A DNA stretch of 64,000 bases, from assembly GCF_006345805.1 (NCBI RefSeq), contig NC_043021.1, positions 18,662,001-18,726,000 on the forward strand, written 5' to 3'. Shown here one piece after another: positions 38,502 through 52,400 of the stretch; within the stretch, counting starts at the first letter, position 1; each line of letters opens with the position of its first letter. The translations under genes were made by a program, and so were the position numbers. The notes below the pieces were generated by a model. It saw nothing but the letters and a program-made list of their open reading frames with translations, was not told the DNA's origin and searched no databases. The DNA is from Octopus sinensis (taxonomy: Eukaryota).

Positions 38502-40315
38502 CTGTGAAATTAGAAAACATTTCGTGTTAATTAATTAACAAGGGTGGAGAGATCGAGTCGATAATTACTGGAAAATGCATTAATTAATAACAGGTTAGCT
38601 AAACTATACAAAAACAAATAATCTTCTCTTGCACTTCCCTCACGTTGGGTAACCATGTATCACCTTTGTGGCAACACACTTGGTTCTGTCCTTGTTCCTG
38701 ATCTCTCTCTCTCTCTCTCTCTCACTTTGGTCAGGTAACCTTGTAGCTCACCTACATCAAGACACCTGCTTCTGTCTCTGTCTTACTATAACTTTTCATC
38801 ATCTACCTCTGCCAATGCCCCCTCCCCTAGTCAAAGGACTTTTGTTTACATGTACTTGGTGACCCTGTCAGTGCAGGTGCCACTTAAAAGCACCCAGTCC
38901 ACACTGTAAAGTGGTTGGTGTTTGGAAGGGCATCCAGCTGCAAAAACCTTGCCGAAACCGACACTTATTTACAGCTGTCATATGATATAAAGGCAAACAC
39001 AGTAACATACACACACATGTATATACACGTGTGTGTATAAATGTAATATACATGCACATATATACGGCAGACTTGTTTTAGTTTCTGTCCACTAAATCTA
39101 CTCACAGGGCTCTGGTCAACCAGGGCTTATAGTAGAAAACTCTTGGTCAAGGTGCCACACAAAGGGACTTAACCCAAAACCATGTGGTGGGGAAGCAAAT
39201 TCTTTATTTCATTACATTTGCCATAAAGGCATAATGTGGAGGCGCAATGGCCCAGTGGTTAGGGCAGCGGATTCGCAGTCGGAGGATCGCGGCTTCGATT
39301 CCCAAACTGGTCATTGTGTGTGTTTATTGAGCGAAAACACCTAAAAGCTCCATGAGGCTCCAGCAGGGGGTGGTGGCGACCCCTGTTGTACTCTTTCGCC
39401 ACAACTTTCTCTCACTCTTTCTTCCTATTTCTTGAGTAATGCTGTGATGGACTGGCGTCCCGTCCAGCTGAGGAGGAACACATATGCCACAGAAACCGGG
39501 AAACTGGGCCCATGAACCTGGCTAGGCTTGAAAAGGGCGACGTTTATCGTTATAAAGGCATAATACCGATGAAGCTTTGTGGGCTGGACACAGACACAAT
39601 GATGATGATGATGGAATGAAAAACGAGATGGTTGGTGGGGGGAGAAGCCAATGCCTGCCGATTGTTACTTTCCAATAACATTGTTCTTTTTTTTAAAAAC
39701 ACAAATGAGGTGTTGAACCTCTTAGCAATCAAACTTCTTGCCACACATCCACCTATATATACAAGGGGGTGTCAAATAGTAATGCCATTTTGTTTAGGAC
39801 AGGTATAATTACCAACATAGGAACATGTATCATACATTAAAATGAAGCTGGTCCTCTGTAGATCACATCCCTACTTCTTAACATAGTCACCGTTTCTCTC
39901 AATAGCAATGTTCCACCTTCGAATGAGAGCATGTATCCCTGCCCTGTAAAATTCTGTTGACTGTTCTTTGAGCCACTTCTTCACTACAGTTTTCACTTCC
40001 TCGTCCCTGGACTATCATTTCTTTGGCCCCATGAATGAGGGTTTGAGAGGCAAACATTATTCCAGTGACAAGGTAGTGAAAACTGTAGTGAAGAAGTGGC
40101 TCAAAGAACAGTCAACAGAATTTTACAGGGCAGGGATACATGTTCTCATTCGAAGGTGGAACATTGCTATTGAGAGAAACAGTGACTATGTTGAGGAGTA
40201 GGGATGTGATCCACAGAGGACCAGCTTTCTTTTGATGTATGATACATGTTCCTGTGTTGGTAATTATACCTGTCCTAAACAAAATGGCTTTACTTTTTGA
40301 CTCACCCTAGCATAT

Positions 40316-40407
<92 letters not shown>

Positions 40408-43400
40408 TGCTTGGCAGCAATGATTTTGTTTTATGTTTCCTGTAAATGCACATTCTGCTCACTAGTTCAACAAGTGATGATGGTGGATGATAAAGTAACA
40501 AAGGCTGACACCAAGAAGGGCATCTGGTTGCAGAAGGAGGCCTTAGGAAGCAGCTTCAACCAACTCGGGCAACCATGGGAAAGGTGGCCATCATAATCGA
40601 TGATGGTTTCTCAGATCCATTTGTTTCCACCCTTCCAAAACCAATAAATTAAGTACAATTCTACAAATCTCCTGCCCTTGATATAATCTAGTTTCAAAAC
40701 AACATGGTCCTGGTGCTGTAGGGGGGAAAAGCAATAAAATAAACACTGTAATAAAATTTTTTAATCTTTTTCTGTCTGGTCAATTAGTAAATATTTCCTG
40801 TTTGCTTCCATCTAGAAATCAAAGGAAATGGCAACTATTCCCTTCAAACTTTGCTTTTGTGACTTAGATATCTGTTTTGAAACTGAAGGGCATCCATGGC
40901 GTTAGGAAGGGCATCCAGCTGTAGAAACACTGCCAGATCTGACTGGCCTGGTGCAGCCTTCGGGCTTCCCAAACCCAAGTTGAACCGTCCAACCCATGCT
41001 AGCATGGAAAGCGGACGTTAAACGATGATGATGATTTCAGATAGATTCAGCACTGAATTGCTGAAGCCGAAATATCGTTGTAGCAAATATTCTGCTCAAT
41101 ACCAAAGGTTTGCTTGTCAGTTGCTTGACCCGTAACCACTTGAGCATGTTCCTTGGTGGCTGACAATATATGCATCTTTGATCATGAGCAGGAGTAGTGG
41201 GGGAGCATCATAGCCATGAGTTGAAGAGAGGGATTCTTTGGGGTTTGAATAAATGGAACAAAAGCAAAATTTAAAGGAAATATTACCCATTTTTCATACT
41301 TTCTAAGGGTAAGCAAATAGGAAATAACAGCTTCTACCCAGGGACAAAAATCATGTTATACAGTGCCATAGAGTGAAGAAAAGGAAGAACTTACCAAAAT
41401 GTCTCTCTATTTCATGAAGAATGTTCAAGCTACTTCTGCCGACCATGTTCAGAGCAATTCCATCCTTGCCAAACCTTCCAGTACGCCCAATACGGTGAAG
41501 GTAAGTTTCAAAATCCGGTTTACCATCTTGCAAAGTTGGCAGATCAAAGTTAACAACCATAGTTACTTGGGCAACATCGATTCCTAAAAATGGTTTTCAG
41601 GTATTGTGGGTGGCGAGGAGAGAGAAACGAAGAAATAAAAGAAGGAAAAGAATGATTTTGAAGTTGTCTTTGATTTGGAATGGTTTGCTGAAACTGAAAT
41701 AATTATGGTGTGAGTCGCCGTGTCAGGCCGAAAAACGAAATGTTCCCAAGATAAGAAAATCTTTCTAATCTAATTCATCCCGTAATCTGTACCAGTAATA
41801 TTCTCATGCAAATTTGTCTGATCTCTAGTGGTTAAGCTGTTTATTATTATTAGTATTAGTATTATCCCTTTGACCCCCGTCGACAATTTGTTTATTAGTA
41901 TTATTATTATTTTCAGTTTTGCCTCGTATTGCATATTCTGTATAATTTATTAGTTATTGTTGACCATCGGTTTCCGGCTTCGTGTCTCGCTAAATACAGA
42001 ATAGATATTTATATTTAAGTTTCTCCATACAGGGGTTTTTTCAATGGCGGACGATTTTCGCGGGGTTCCACTATTCCCTTCTCTCTCTCTCTCCCTCTTT
42101 TACGTTGTCTGCCCTCCCCCCCTTCCATTGCTAAGAGCATTTTTAAGCCAGCCCGTCAAGTTCAACCTTCGTATATTCCCGGTGCACCCGCCCTTGCCCA
42201 CCCCCACCACCAATACCGGATATCTCTATATTTTTGCTCCATCTATACCAGATGTCGCTTCTCCCACCACCATTATAGGTGTCTACTCTTCGAACCCCCC
42301 TCTTCAATATGCTATTTCACCATGCATTACCCCTCTCGTGATATCCTACGTTCTACTTGTCTAGAACCTGTCATCGTTTCTCCGAACACCCCTCCCCACT
42401 GGTGCTCCCCTATATTTCTGCACCCTCCCCCCACATAAAAAGCACCATCCGAACGTGGCCGATGCCAGCACCGCCCCGACTGGCTTCTGTGCAGGTGGCA
42501 CATAAAAAGCACCAACTGACCGTGGCCGATGCCAGACCCCTCTGGCACCTGTGCAGGTGGCACGTAAAAAGCACCCACTACACTCGCGGAGTGGTTGGCG
42601 TTAGGAAGGGCATCCAGCTGTAGAAACACTGCCAGACCAGACTGGAGCAGCCCCTGGCTCCCCAGACCCCGGTCGAAACCGTCCAACCCGTGCTAGCGCG
42701 GAAAACGGACGTTAAACGATGATGATGATGATGAAAGCCATAACCACTTAATCAAGTCTTTCAATACCAAACAACCCCGACACTGCCCATGGTTCTATTA
42801 AACAAATTTTATGTTTTACTGTATGTGAAGGCATGCATACCGGCCTCCCCTCTCCATGCCACCAGTGTTATCCAAGGGAAGTGGAGGCGCAATGGCCCAG
42901 TGGTTAGGGCAGCGGACTTGCGGTCGTAGGATCGCGGTTTCGATTCCCAGACCGGGCGTTGTGAGTGTTTATTGAGTGAAAACACCTAAAGCTCCACAAG
43001 GCTCCGGCAGGGATGGTGGTGATCCCTGCTGTACTCTTTCACCACAACTTTCTCTCACTCTTACTTCCTGTTTCTGTTGTACCTGTATTTCAAAGGGCCG
43101 TCCTTGTCACTCTCTGTGTCACACTGAATATCCCCGAGAACTACGTTAAGGGTACACGTGTCTGTGGAGTGCTCAGCCACTTACACGTTAATTTCACGAG
43201 CAGGCTGTTCCGTTGATCGGATCAACCGGAACCCTCGTCGTAACCGATGGAGTGCTTCCACATCCAAGGGAAAGGCAAGGGTTGATACAGCTTGGCATCA
43301 GTGATGTCACAACTCATTTCTACAGCTGAGTGAACTGGAGCAACGTAAAATAAAGGTGTCTTGCTCAAGAACACAACATGCAGCCCGGTCCGGGATTCGA

Positions 43401-46400
43401 TCTCACATCCTAACAATCGTAAGCTCGACTCCCTAACCACCGAGCTATGCGCCTTCACTTCTTCCAATTAATTTTGAAAATAATGAAGAATTTAGCAAAA
43501 CAACTTTGTTGTTAATAAACTGGCGTTTGGAACATAAATTAACAAGAAATTGTGATGAGGGGTTTTAATTTGTATTTCTTTAAAACGTGAAGTCTGGCAG
43601 CTGACTTGGCAGACACCCATAAAATTATCAACCATCGCACAAACAATAACTCTAAGCACCTCTTCAAACTCCACCCATCTAACACCCGTGGACATATTTA
43701 CAAAGTCAGAAAACAGCACAGCTCCCATGACTTCAGGAAACATTTTTTCACGCTGAGAGTTGCTGAAGCATGGAACAAACTGCCGGCATCGGTTGTTAGT
43801 TGTCGGAGCACTGCATCCTTCAAAACTTCCATGCTTTCTGAGATTCGCCAACACTACACCTGATTTTCTCCTCCACTCCATACACACGCAAGCATGTACC
43901 TGACTCATACACTGTTCACTTTCCAGACATTTCTACATTACTGCATGTACTTTATATGCACTTTCTGACAAGTTGTGGTGCACCTGAGCACTGTATACAA
44001 TAATTTCATTATTATTATTATATAGAACCAAGGGCGATCTTGAGCAGGTTGGTATCATTAGTTCCATTAGATTTTGAATAACTAAATTTGAACATGAATT
44101 CTCAGTGTCTGTCCATTTGCCTGCGACAACATATTTTCAATACCACAAAGATTAGTAGTAGCAGAAACAGTTTTGCATACAATAAACTAAAAGTGAGCCC
44201 AGCACTACAATGAATATGAATAAAGAATCTAAGAAACTGTAAAACACAGCTGTTAGCAGCAGGGGATAAAAGCCAGAAGACAAGTGAACAAGGAAATATT
44301 GGCAAGTACAGGTCTGTCAAGCAACATACAACAAAAGTTCTGGATTTATTGAAATTACCCTCCACCTGACTGGCCCCCGTGCTGGTGGCACGTAAAAAGC
44401 ACCCACTACACTCTCGGAGTGGTTGGCGTTAGGAAGGGCATCCAGCTGTAGAAACTCTGCCAGATCAAAATTGGAGCCTGGTGCAGCCATCTGGTTTGCC
44501 AGCCCTCAGTCATAATCGTCCAACCCATGCTAGCATGGAAAGCAGACGTTAAACGATGATGAACAAATTGCAATTAAGATCTACTTGAGGAGGGGAAATG
44601 ATATTAACCATTTAGCATTCAAATTATTTTGTCAAACATAATGCTCATTTAATGGAGGGACCCGTGAATATCTCACAGAATTAAGGGTAAACTTATTGGG
44701 TTATTTCTGTAAACTTTATCCAAAGAACCTGAAAGCCTGTGTTGTGTTTGTGTCAAAAGACAGTCACTCATCTGTTACTCATGTGGAAATGGTAGAATTA
44801 AGAAGACTGGTCTTACCTCGGGCAGCAACGTTTGTTGTAATCAGCACTTTCTCATTCCCTTCTCTGAAACGTCGGATGATGTCAGCTCTCTGATGGATTG
44901 GCAACTCTCCGCTTAGCAAGCCAACGGCATGGCCATCACGACTCATCTTTTCGGATAACCAAGAGGCTGATCTTCTAGTCTATAAAAAGAAACAAATATG
45001 TCTTTGATTAACGACAGGCAGACAATGAAACAGAGGGACAGATGAAAGGAAAACATTATACAAATAACATTAAAAAGGCAGGATAGGGAAAAGGCTGATC
45101 AGAACTAAGCAGGGTCAGAACAACTGAAAGTCAGTAAGGTTAAGTAGAACATCACTGTCAAATCTACTCACTTTACAGAAAACAACAGCTTGTCCAATGG
45201 ATATTGAACCGTAGATGTTGGAAAGGGCCTTAAATTTATCATCCTGGCCCTGACATTCAATGTAATATTGCTTGATATTGTCAAGGGATTCCTCTTCTCG
45301 GCGCAGCCTGATCGTGACAGGATTTGGGATGATGTCTTGTGCAAATTTCATTACTTCGGTATCGTACGTGGCAGAGAATAGTAACATCTGGCATTCTCCT
45401 AAATGTCTACGATAGAAACAAAACACAAAAAAAAAAAATAATAGAAACAAAACAAAAACAAGGAAAAGAAAAATGGGAAATATATGAAAGAAATGAGAAT
45501 ATTAGAAATTATATAGCATCCAGAATACTCGACCGCAAGTGTATGTGTCGGTGTTATACATGCCCCTTCCCCATCTTCTGGTGTGTAAGGGGGAAGCCAT
45601 CGCTGACAGCACCCTGTACACGCGGTCAATGTCACGTGGAAGGAAAGGTCGTCAGGGGGTGGTATCAAGCATGAATATATTTGTGTACGTGGGTTGTTTG
45701 TCATGCGCTGGGAAAACACGGTTGACTCAGTACTGGTAGGGACCGCATAGCAACCCCTGACTGACCAACCGAAACAGAGTATCGGGTAGCCAGCCGAGCC
45801 ACACAGACACAATGTGATCTCTGCCCTGTGCTTCGTTCCTTCCACAGACGTCTCTACAGTCTTCTGGCTGCTTCTCTATGCTCCACCGACGATGCACGGC
45901 ACCAATTCGTCCTCGTCCTGCATACCCATCCACATGGGCACAACTGCCAACAATGCTGCCGGCCTAGCCACTGTTGCCAACTGGACTGCAATGATGTGGT
46001 CGAAACTGCCGGACAGCCGAGTCCATTCTGCACCATGCTGCCATCAACCACTGTTGGCGGTGGCCGCCCAGTGAAAACACCGCAGCCTGCATGTATCTGT
46101 GCTAGTTGTCAACTGATGGCTCGCGTTCCTCCGCACTCTCATGCTCCTGCCCATCCCACTCTGCGCCGACCCAACCACGACATACCAGCATCGAAAATGG
46201 ACATCAACATTTGAGCACTGAAACTGGACATATCCAGATTAACCCCTTTTTTACCGTATTTATTTTGAGATGCTCTGTGTTTCTTTCAATTAATTTTAGA
46301 TATAACAAAGAATTTAATAAAATAACTTAGTTACCATTAAGCTGGTGTTAGGAACATATATTGTGACTAAGGTTTTGGTGGAAGATTTTAATTCAGAACT

Positions 46401-49400
46401 TTTGAAAACAAGACATTTGTACAAGAGAGCCAGAGGCGGTTTCAGCCGGGTTGGTATCGAAAGGGTTAAATATTCTACCTGTTTTATGTTAATCATCTTC
46501 ATCATTGTTCGACTGTGGTCGAGACAATGGAATTTACTATGTTATGCCAGACTTCACGGTCCATCATAGCATTACGGAGGTCCTGTTGCTGGATGCCTGT
46601 ATCCCTGGAGATTACATCAGGGTAGGAGAGTGTGCGCCCTCTGGAATTGCGAGCAGATGGCTTCCAGAGGAGAAGAGTAGAAATTACCTCATTTTCAGCT
46701 CTACAACAATGTCCAGCAAACTGGACTCTTCTACTTTGCACAAGAGATGATACAGGTGGTAGTTTCCCATATTTTTTATTTTTATGTTATTTTAATTTTT
46801 TTTATCTAGTTTCAACTCACAAGCTGTGGCCATGCTGGGGCGCTGCCATATATTTGTACTTTGGTTGGATGACGCTTCCACGAGAGATTTTATGTTAAAA
46901 CTGACCATGTCCAGCCTTTCCCACCTATCATCCCAAACATTTAACAATCACATCATCAAAATCTCAAGGCTACAATACAATACAGAATTAATTCAAAACA
47001 ATAAGAATAAGAATTACTTTTGACAAAATCTGAATGCTAAAGGGTTAAATGATGATGATGATGATGATGAACACCAATTTAAGACAGAAGAAAATAAAAG
47101 GTGGGGAAGAATACATAGGTGACTCAAGAGCCTTTCAGTGGGTGATACCTTGTGGTATTTGGTTTATATATGTTAAATTCTTGGATAGAACACTTAATCC
47201 TTCAGCTGGTTTAACGCCCCACCTCCACCATACCATGCCACATTTTTGGATGTTTTTAATAAATTCCCTTTGTTGCTAACGTTTTGGTCAAGTCTCAGAT
47301 TCGCAGGTAACTCCCTTCTTCCTCCCAGACCAGGAGACTGACTTTGAAGGGATCTTGATTAAATTTCTTCCCAACCACTTGAAGTTTTCTAAATTTTTCT
47401 CCAAAGTATTGTTAAAAAAAAAGAGTAGTTCTGAGGTATTTTTTTCTCTTTTCTTGGGATAAAACTGTAAACAAAGTTTGGGGACGGAGAAAGAATTAGT
47501 TTCCACCCAAACATAGGAACAGATGTGGTGGCTGTGTGGTAAGAAGCTTGCTTCCCAACCACATGGTTCTAGGTTCAGTCTTATTGTAAGACATCCAAAA
47601 CAAATGTCTTCTACTATAGCCTTTGGCCAACCAAAGCCTTGCGAGTGGATTTGGTAGATGGAAACTGAAAGAAGCTTACCACACAGATATATATCATCAT
47701 CATCATTTAAAGTCCGCTTTCCATGGGTTGGACGATTTTGACTGAGGGCTGGTGAAACAGATGGCTGCACCAGTCTCCAATCTTGATCTGGCAGAGTTTC
47801 TACAGCTGGATGCCCTTCCTTACGCCAACCACTCCGAAAGTGTAGTGGGTGCTTTTTATGTGCTACCTGCACGGAGGCCAGTCAGGCGGTACTGGCAAGG
47901 ACCTCGATCGAATCTTTTTACAGGTGCCAGTAACGGGACGCTGGTAACGATCACGCACGAATGGTGCTCTTGGCACCCTACTAGCATGGGCACAAGTGCC
48001 AGAAAGGCAACGCTGGTAATGATCACACAAAGGCGGCAAGCTGGCAGAAACGTTAGCACGCCAGGCGAAATGCTTAGCGGTATTTCGTCTGCGTTACGTT
48101 GTGAGTTCAAATTCCGCCGAGGTCGACTTTGCCTTTCATCCTTTCGGGGTCGATAAATTAAGTACCAGTTACGCACTGGGGTCGATGTAATCGACTTAAT
48201 ACCTATGTCTATCCTTGTTTGTCCCCTCTGTGTTTAGCCCCTTGTGGGTAATAAAGAAATAGGTAATGATCACACTCGAATGGTGCCCTTTATGTGCCAC
48301 TGGCACGGAAGCCAGTTAGCCGCTCTGTCAACGATCACACTCGTATGGTGCTCTTTGCACCCTGCTAGCACGGATGCCAGCCATCGAATTTGATTTTGAG
48401 GTGCAGGAGTGGCTGTGTGGTAAGAAGCTTGCTTCCCAACCACGTGGTTTGAAGTTTAGTCTTATTGTAAGACATCCAAAAGCAAATGTCTTCTACTATA
48501 GCCTTGGGCCAACCCAAGCCTTGTGAGTGGATTTGGTAGATAGAAACTGAAAGAAGCTTATCACACAGTCATATACAGATAGGCGCAGGAGTGGCTGTGT
48601 GGTAAGAAGCTTGAGAGGGGAAAGAGAAACAGGCAGCTGTTAGCAGCAGGGGAAAAAGGCAGAAGACAAGTGAACAAGGAAATATAGGCAAGTACAGGTC
48701 TGTCAAACAACATACAACAAAAGTTCTGGATTTATTGATATTACCCTTCACACCTTGAGGATATAATGTTTCTTATTTCTTTATTGCCCACAAGGGGCTA
48801 AACACAGAGGGGACAAACGAGAACAGACAAAGGGATTAAGTCGATTACATCGACCCCAGTGCGTAACTGGTACTTAATTTATCGACCCTGAAAGGATGAA
48901 AAGCAAAGTCGACCTCGGTGGAATTTGAACCCAGAATGTAATGGCAGACAAAATATGGCTACGCATTTCGCCCGGCGTGCTAACGATTCTGCCAGCTCAC
49001 CGCCTTTTGAGGATATAATGTAATTAACAAATTGCAATTAAGATCTACTTGAGGAGGGGAGATAACCTCAAGAGTTGGGACATGATATTAACCATTTAGC
49101 ATTCAAATTATTTTGTCAAATATAATGCTCATTTACTTGAGGGACCCGTGAATATTTCACAGAATTAACTTATTGGGTTATTTCTGTAAACTTTATCCAA
49201 AGAACCTGAAAGCATAGCCTGTGTTCTGTTTGTGTCAAAAGATAGTCACTCATCTGCTACTCATTGAAAAGTGAAGGAAATTAGAATGCAATGATTGTTT
49301 AATGCACAATTTTATAGACTTAATACACAGCACTCTCCATCTTTGCCTGACCCCCTTTTTCTTTTGCTCTTCACTTGTCCCTTCAACTAATCATGTGAAA

Positions 49401-52400
49401 GCATTACAGACAGGCTAAGTAATGGAGAGAGAAAAATCTTGCAAGCAGAATTATTGTCAGATCCTTATTTTGAATGCTCATGTATTATCTTGGAGTTAGA
49501 TTTTGTTGAGGGGGTTATACATTTTTAAAATGCCCTACTGGGGCACCTCAAGGCGGTGCCCCAGCATGACCACAGTCAATTGACTGAAATAAGTAAAAGA
49601 TAGGGTAGGAGTGAAAGATGGGATCTGGCTGATTTGAGCATAAAACAGGTAGAATTAGAATATTTGGGGCCGGATAGGGCTGGTTTAAATGCTAAGGGGT
49701 TAAGGAAAAGGACTGGATTATTGTCTGGAGATACGGAAACAGTGAGGAACACAGGTTTGTAGCTTAAGAGCTTTCATCAGCATGACAATTGTTCAACTTT
49801 ATCTGGGTTCAATCCAATTCGTGGCACTTTGGGCACGTGTCTTCTACCATAGCCTCGGGCCGACCAATGCCTTGTGAGTGGATTTGGTAAACGGAAACTG
49901 AAAGAAGCCTGTTGTATATATGTGTGTCTGTCTGTCTGTCTTAAAGCTGGGAACTTTTTAATACCCCCTCGTGTATATATATATATATATATAGGAGTGG
50001 GTGTGTGGTAAGTAGCTTGCTTACCAACCACATGGTTCCGGGTTCAGCCCAGCTGCGTGGCACAACAGGCAAGTGTCTTCTACCATAGCCTCAGGCCGAC
50101 CAATGCCTTGTGAGTGGATTTGGTAAACGGAAACTGAAAGAAGCCCGTTGTATATATGTATATATATGTGTGTCTGTCTGTCTGTCTTAAAGCTGGGAAC
50201 TTTTTAATACCCCCTCGTGTATATATATATATATAGGAGTGGGTGTGTGGTAAGTAGCTTGCTTACCAACCACATGGTTCCGGGTTCAGCCCAGCTGCGT
50301 GGCACAACAGGCAAGTGTCTTCTACCATAGCCTCAGGCCGACCAATGCCTTGTGAGTGGATTTGGTAGACGGAAACTGAAAGAAGCCCATCATATATATG
50401 TGTATATGTTTGTGTGTCTGTGCTTGTCCCCCCCAACATTGCTTGACAACCGATGCTGGTGTGTTTACATCCCTGTAATTTAGCGGTTCGGCAAAAAAGA
50501 GACCGATAAAATAAGTACTAAGCTTACAAAGAATAAGTCCTGGGGTCGATTTGCTCGACTAAGGGCGGTGCTCCAGCATGGCCGCAGTCAAATGACTGAA
50601 ACAAGTAAGAGAGTAATAGCTAAAAGACCTAAAGTTATACAAAACAGAATAGAAAACCGTTGGGGCTTTTCTAATTTGCATAGTTTAAACAAAAATGAGC
50701 CAAGAGCAAATAACTCAAGAGAGACCGGTGGCATGAATTTGAACAACATATTTGGGAAGCAAGCTTCCTAGCCACCCAACCATGCTTTGCACCTGTAGCC
50801 ACACCTGTGTGGCTCTTCAATAGATAAATAACAATAGCGACTTACCGTTGTATCCGGATGGACTGGTCTTTGTGGCCCTGCGTTGCAATCATTACATCAG
50901 CCTCATCTAATACAAAAACTGAAATCTTTTGTAAGTCAAATGCATTAAATTTCCAACCAAGATCCAATGCAGTTCCGGGAGTCCCAATAACAATTTGTTC
51001 GGTAAAGATTTTATCTGGAATCAGACAAACAAAAATTCATTAAGCAATGGATTTTTCCCAGATGATGACAACATTCCTGCAGGCATCTCTTCTTGCTAGC
51101 AACAATCACCCATAGCAAAAACAAAAATACCCTTCTCATTTTAATACCCACAGCGAGCTGGCAGAAACGTTAGCACAGAGGGCAAAATGCTTAGCAGTAT
51201 CATGAAAGGCTTGGTTGGAAGCCTAACCTTCCGAGTTCTTTTACAGGGCTTAGAAAAACTGAAGCGCCACTGCAATACGTGTGTGATTCTGAGAGGGAAA
51301 TATGTGAGATAAAATCATAATTATCTGATCCTCCTGTTTTTTCTTTTACCCAATCAACGGAACAGCCTGCTCGTGAAATTAACGTGTATGTGGCTGAGCA
51401 CTCCACAGACACGTGTACCCTTAACGTAGTTCTCGGGGATATTCAGCGTGACACAGAGAGTGACAAGGCCGGCCCTTTGAAATACAGGTACAACAGAAAC
51501 AGGAAGTAAGAGTGAGAGAAAGTTGTGGCAAAAGAGTACAGCAGGGATCACCACCATCCCCTGCCGGAGCCTCGTGGAGCTTTAGGTGTTTTCGCTCAAT
51601 AAACACTCACAACGCCCGGTCTGAGAATCGAAACCGCGATCCTATGACCGCGAGTCCGCTGCCCTAACCACTGGGCCATTGCGCCTCCATCCCCTCATAT
51701 ACATATATATATATATAAAATTAATCAAAGGACATACTAGGTATGTCTACCTGCTTGAAATAACAGTCAAAACTCTTATTAAATCGCCAAAAACACACTG
51801 ATGAAAACTACAGAAATCAAACGAAGGCAAAATCAGGTTAAGACAATCTACTAACATACATTTAAGTATCTGGACTCACGTGGACCGGTTTCTGCACTGG
51901 CAAAATAAGCCTTAGCTTCTTCAGCACGCGTCACCATGATTAGAGATTCCCAACCCATTGTTTTGAAGTCTGTGCTGTAACTTATTCGTTTCGCGCCAAA
52001 ACCACAGCAGCCATCGGTGTTAAAATAATCTTGATACAATTTACGAGAAAAATAATTCACTAAATATTAATCTGCGAAGGTGTCATTAATTCTATTATTA
52101 TCCCAAATATATATCACATTATTCAACGTGGTATTCACTTGTCTTTTTTACAACACTAAAGGATCAGGTTTCAGCAGCCATATTTCCACCCCCAACTTAC
52201 TAGATCACTAATGGGGTTTGTAATTCAAATGAAGAGGACTCAAACTAAATTTGAACCCATGGTACATACAATATGGGTGCATGGGTTCAAATTTACCATG
52301 GGTCTACTGTAGGGGATTGTGGCCTCAATCTTGCCCATGCTTCTATACAAATTAAAATCAGAAGGTTTTTAAAAAAAAGGGAACTGGAGAGGTGAAAGGA

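Noticed and set aside
44563-44782. Intron-encoded snoRNA explanation for the duplicated intronic segment
   Set aside because: No convincing C/D or H/ACA box set on the sense strand, and the shared part includes a MITE fragment.
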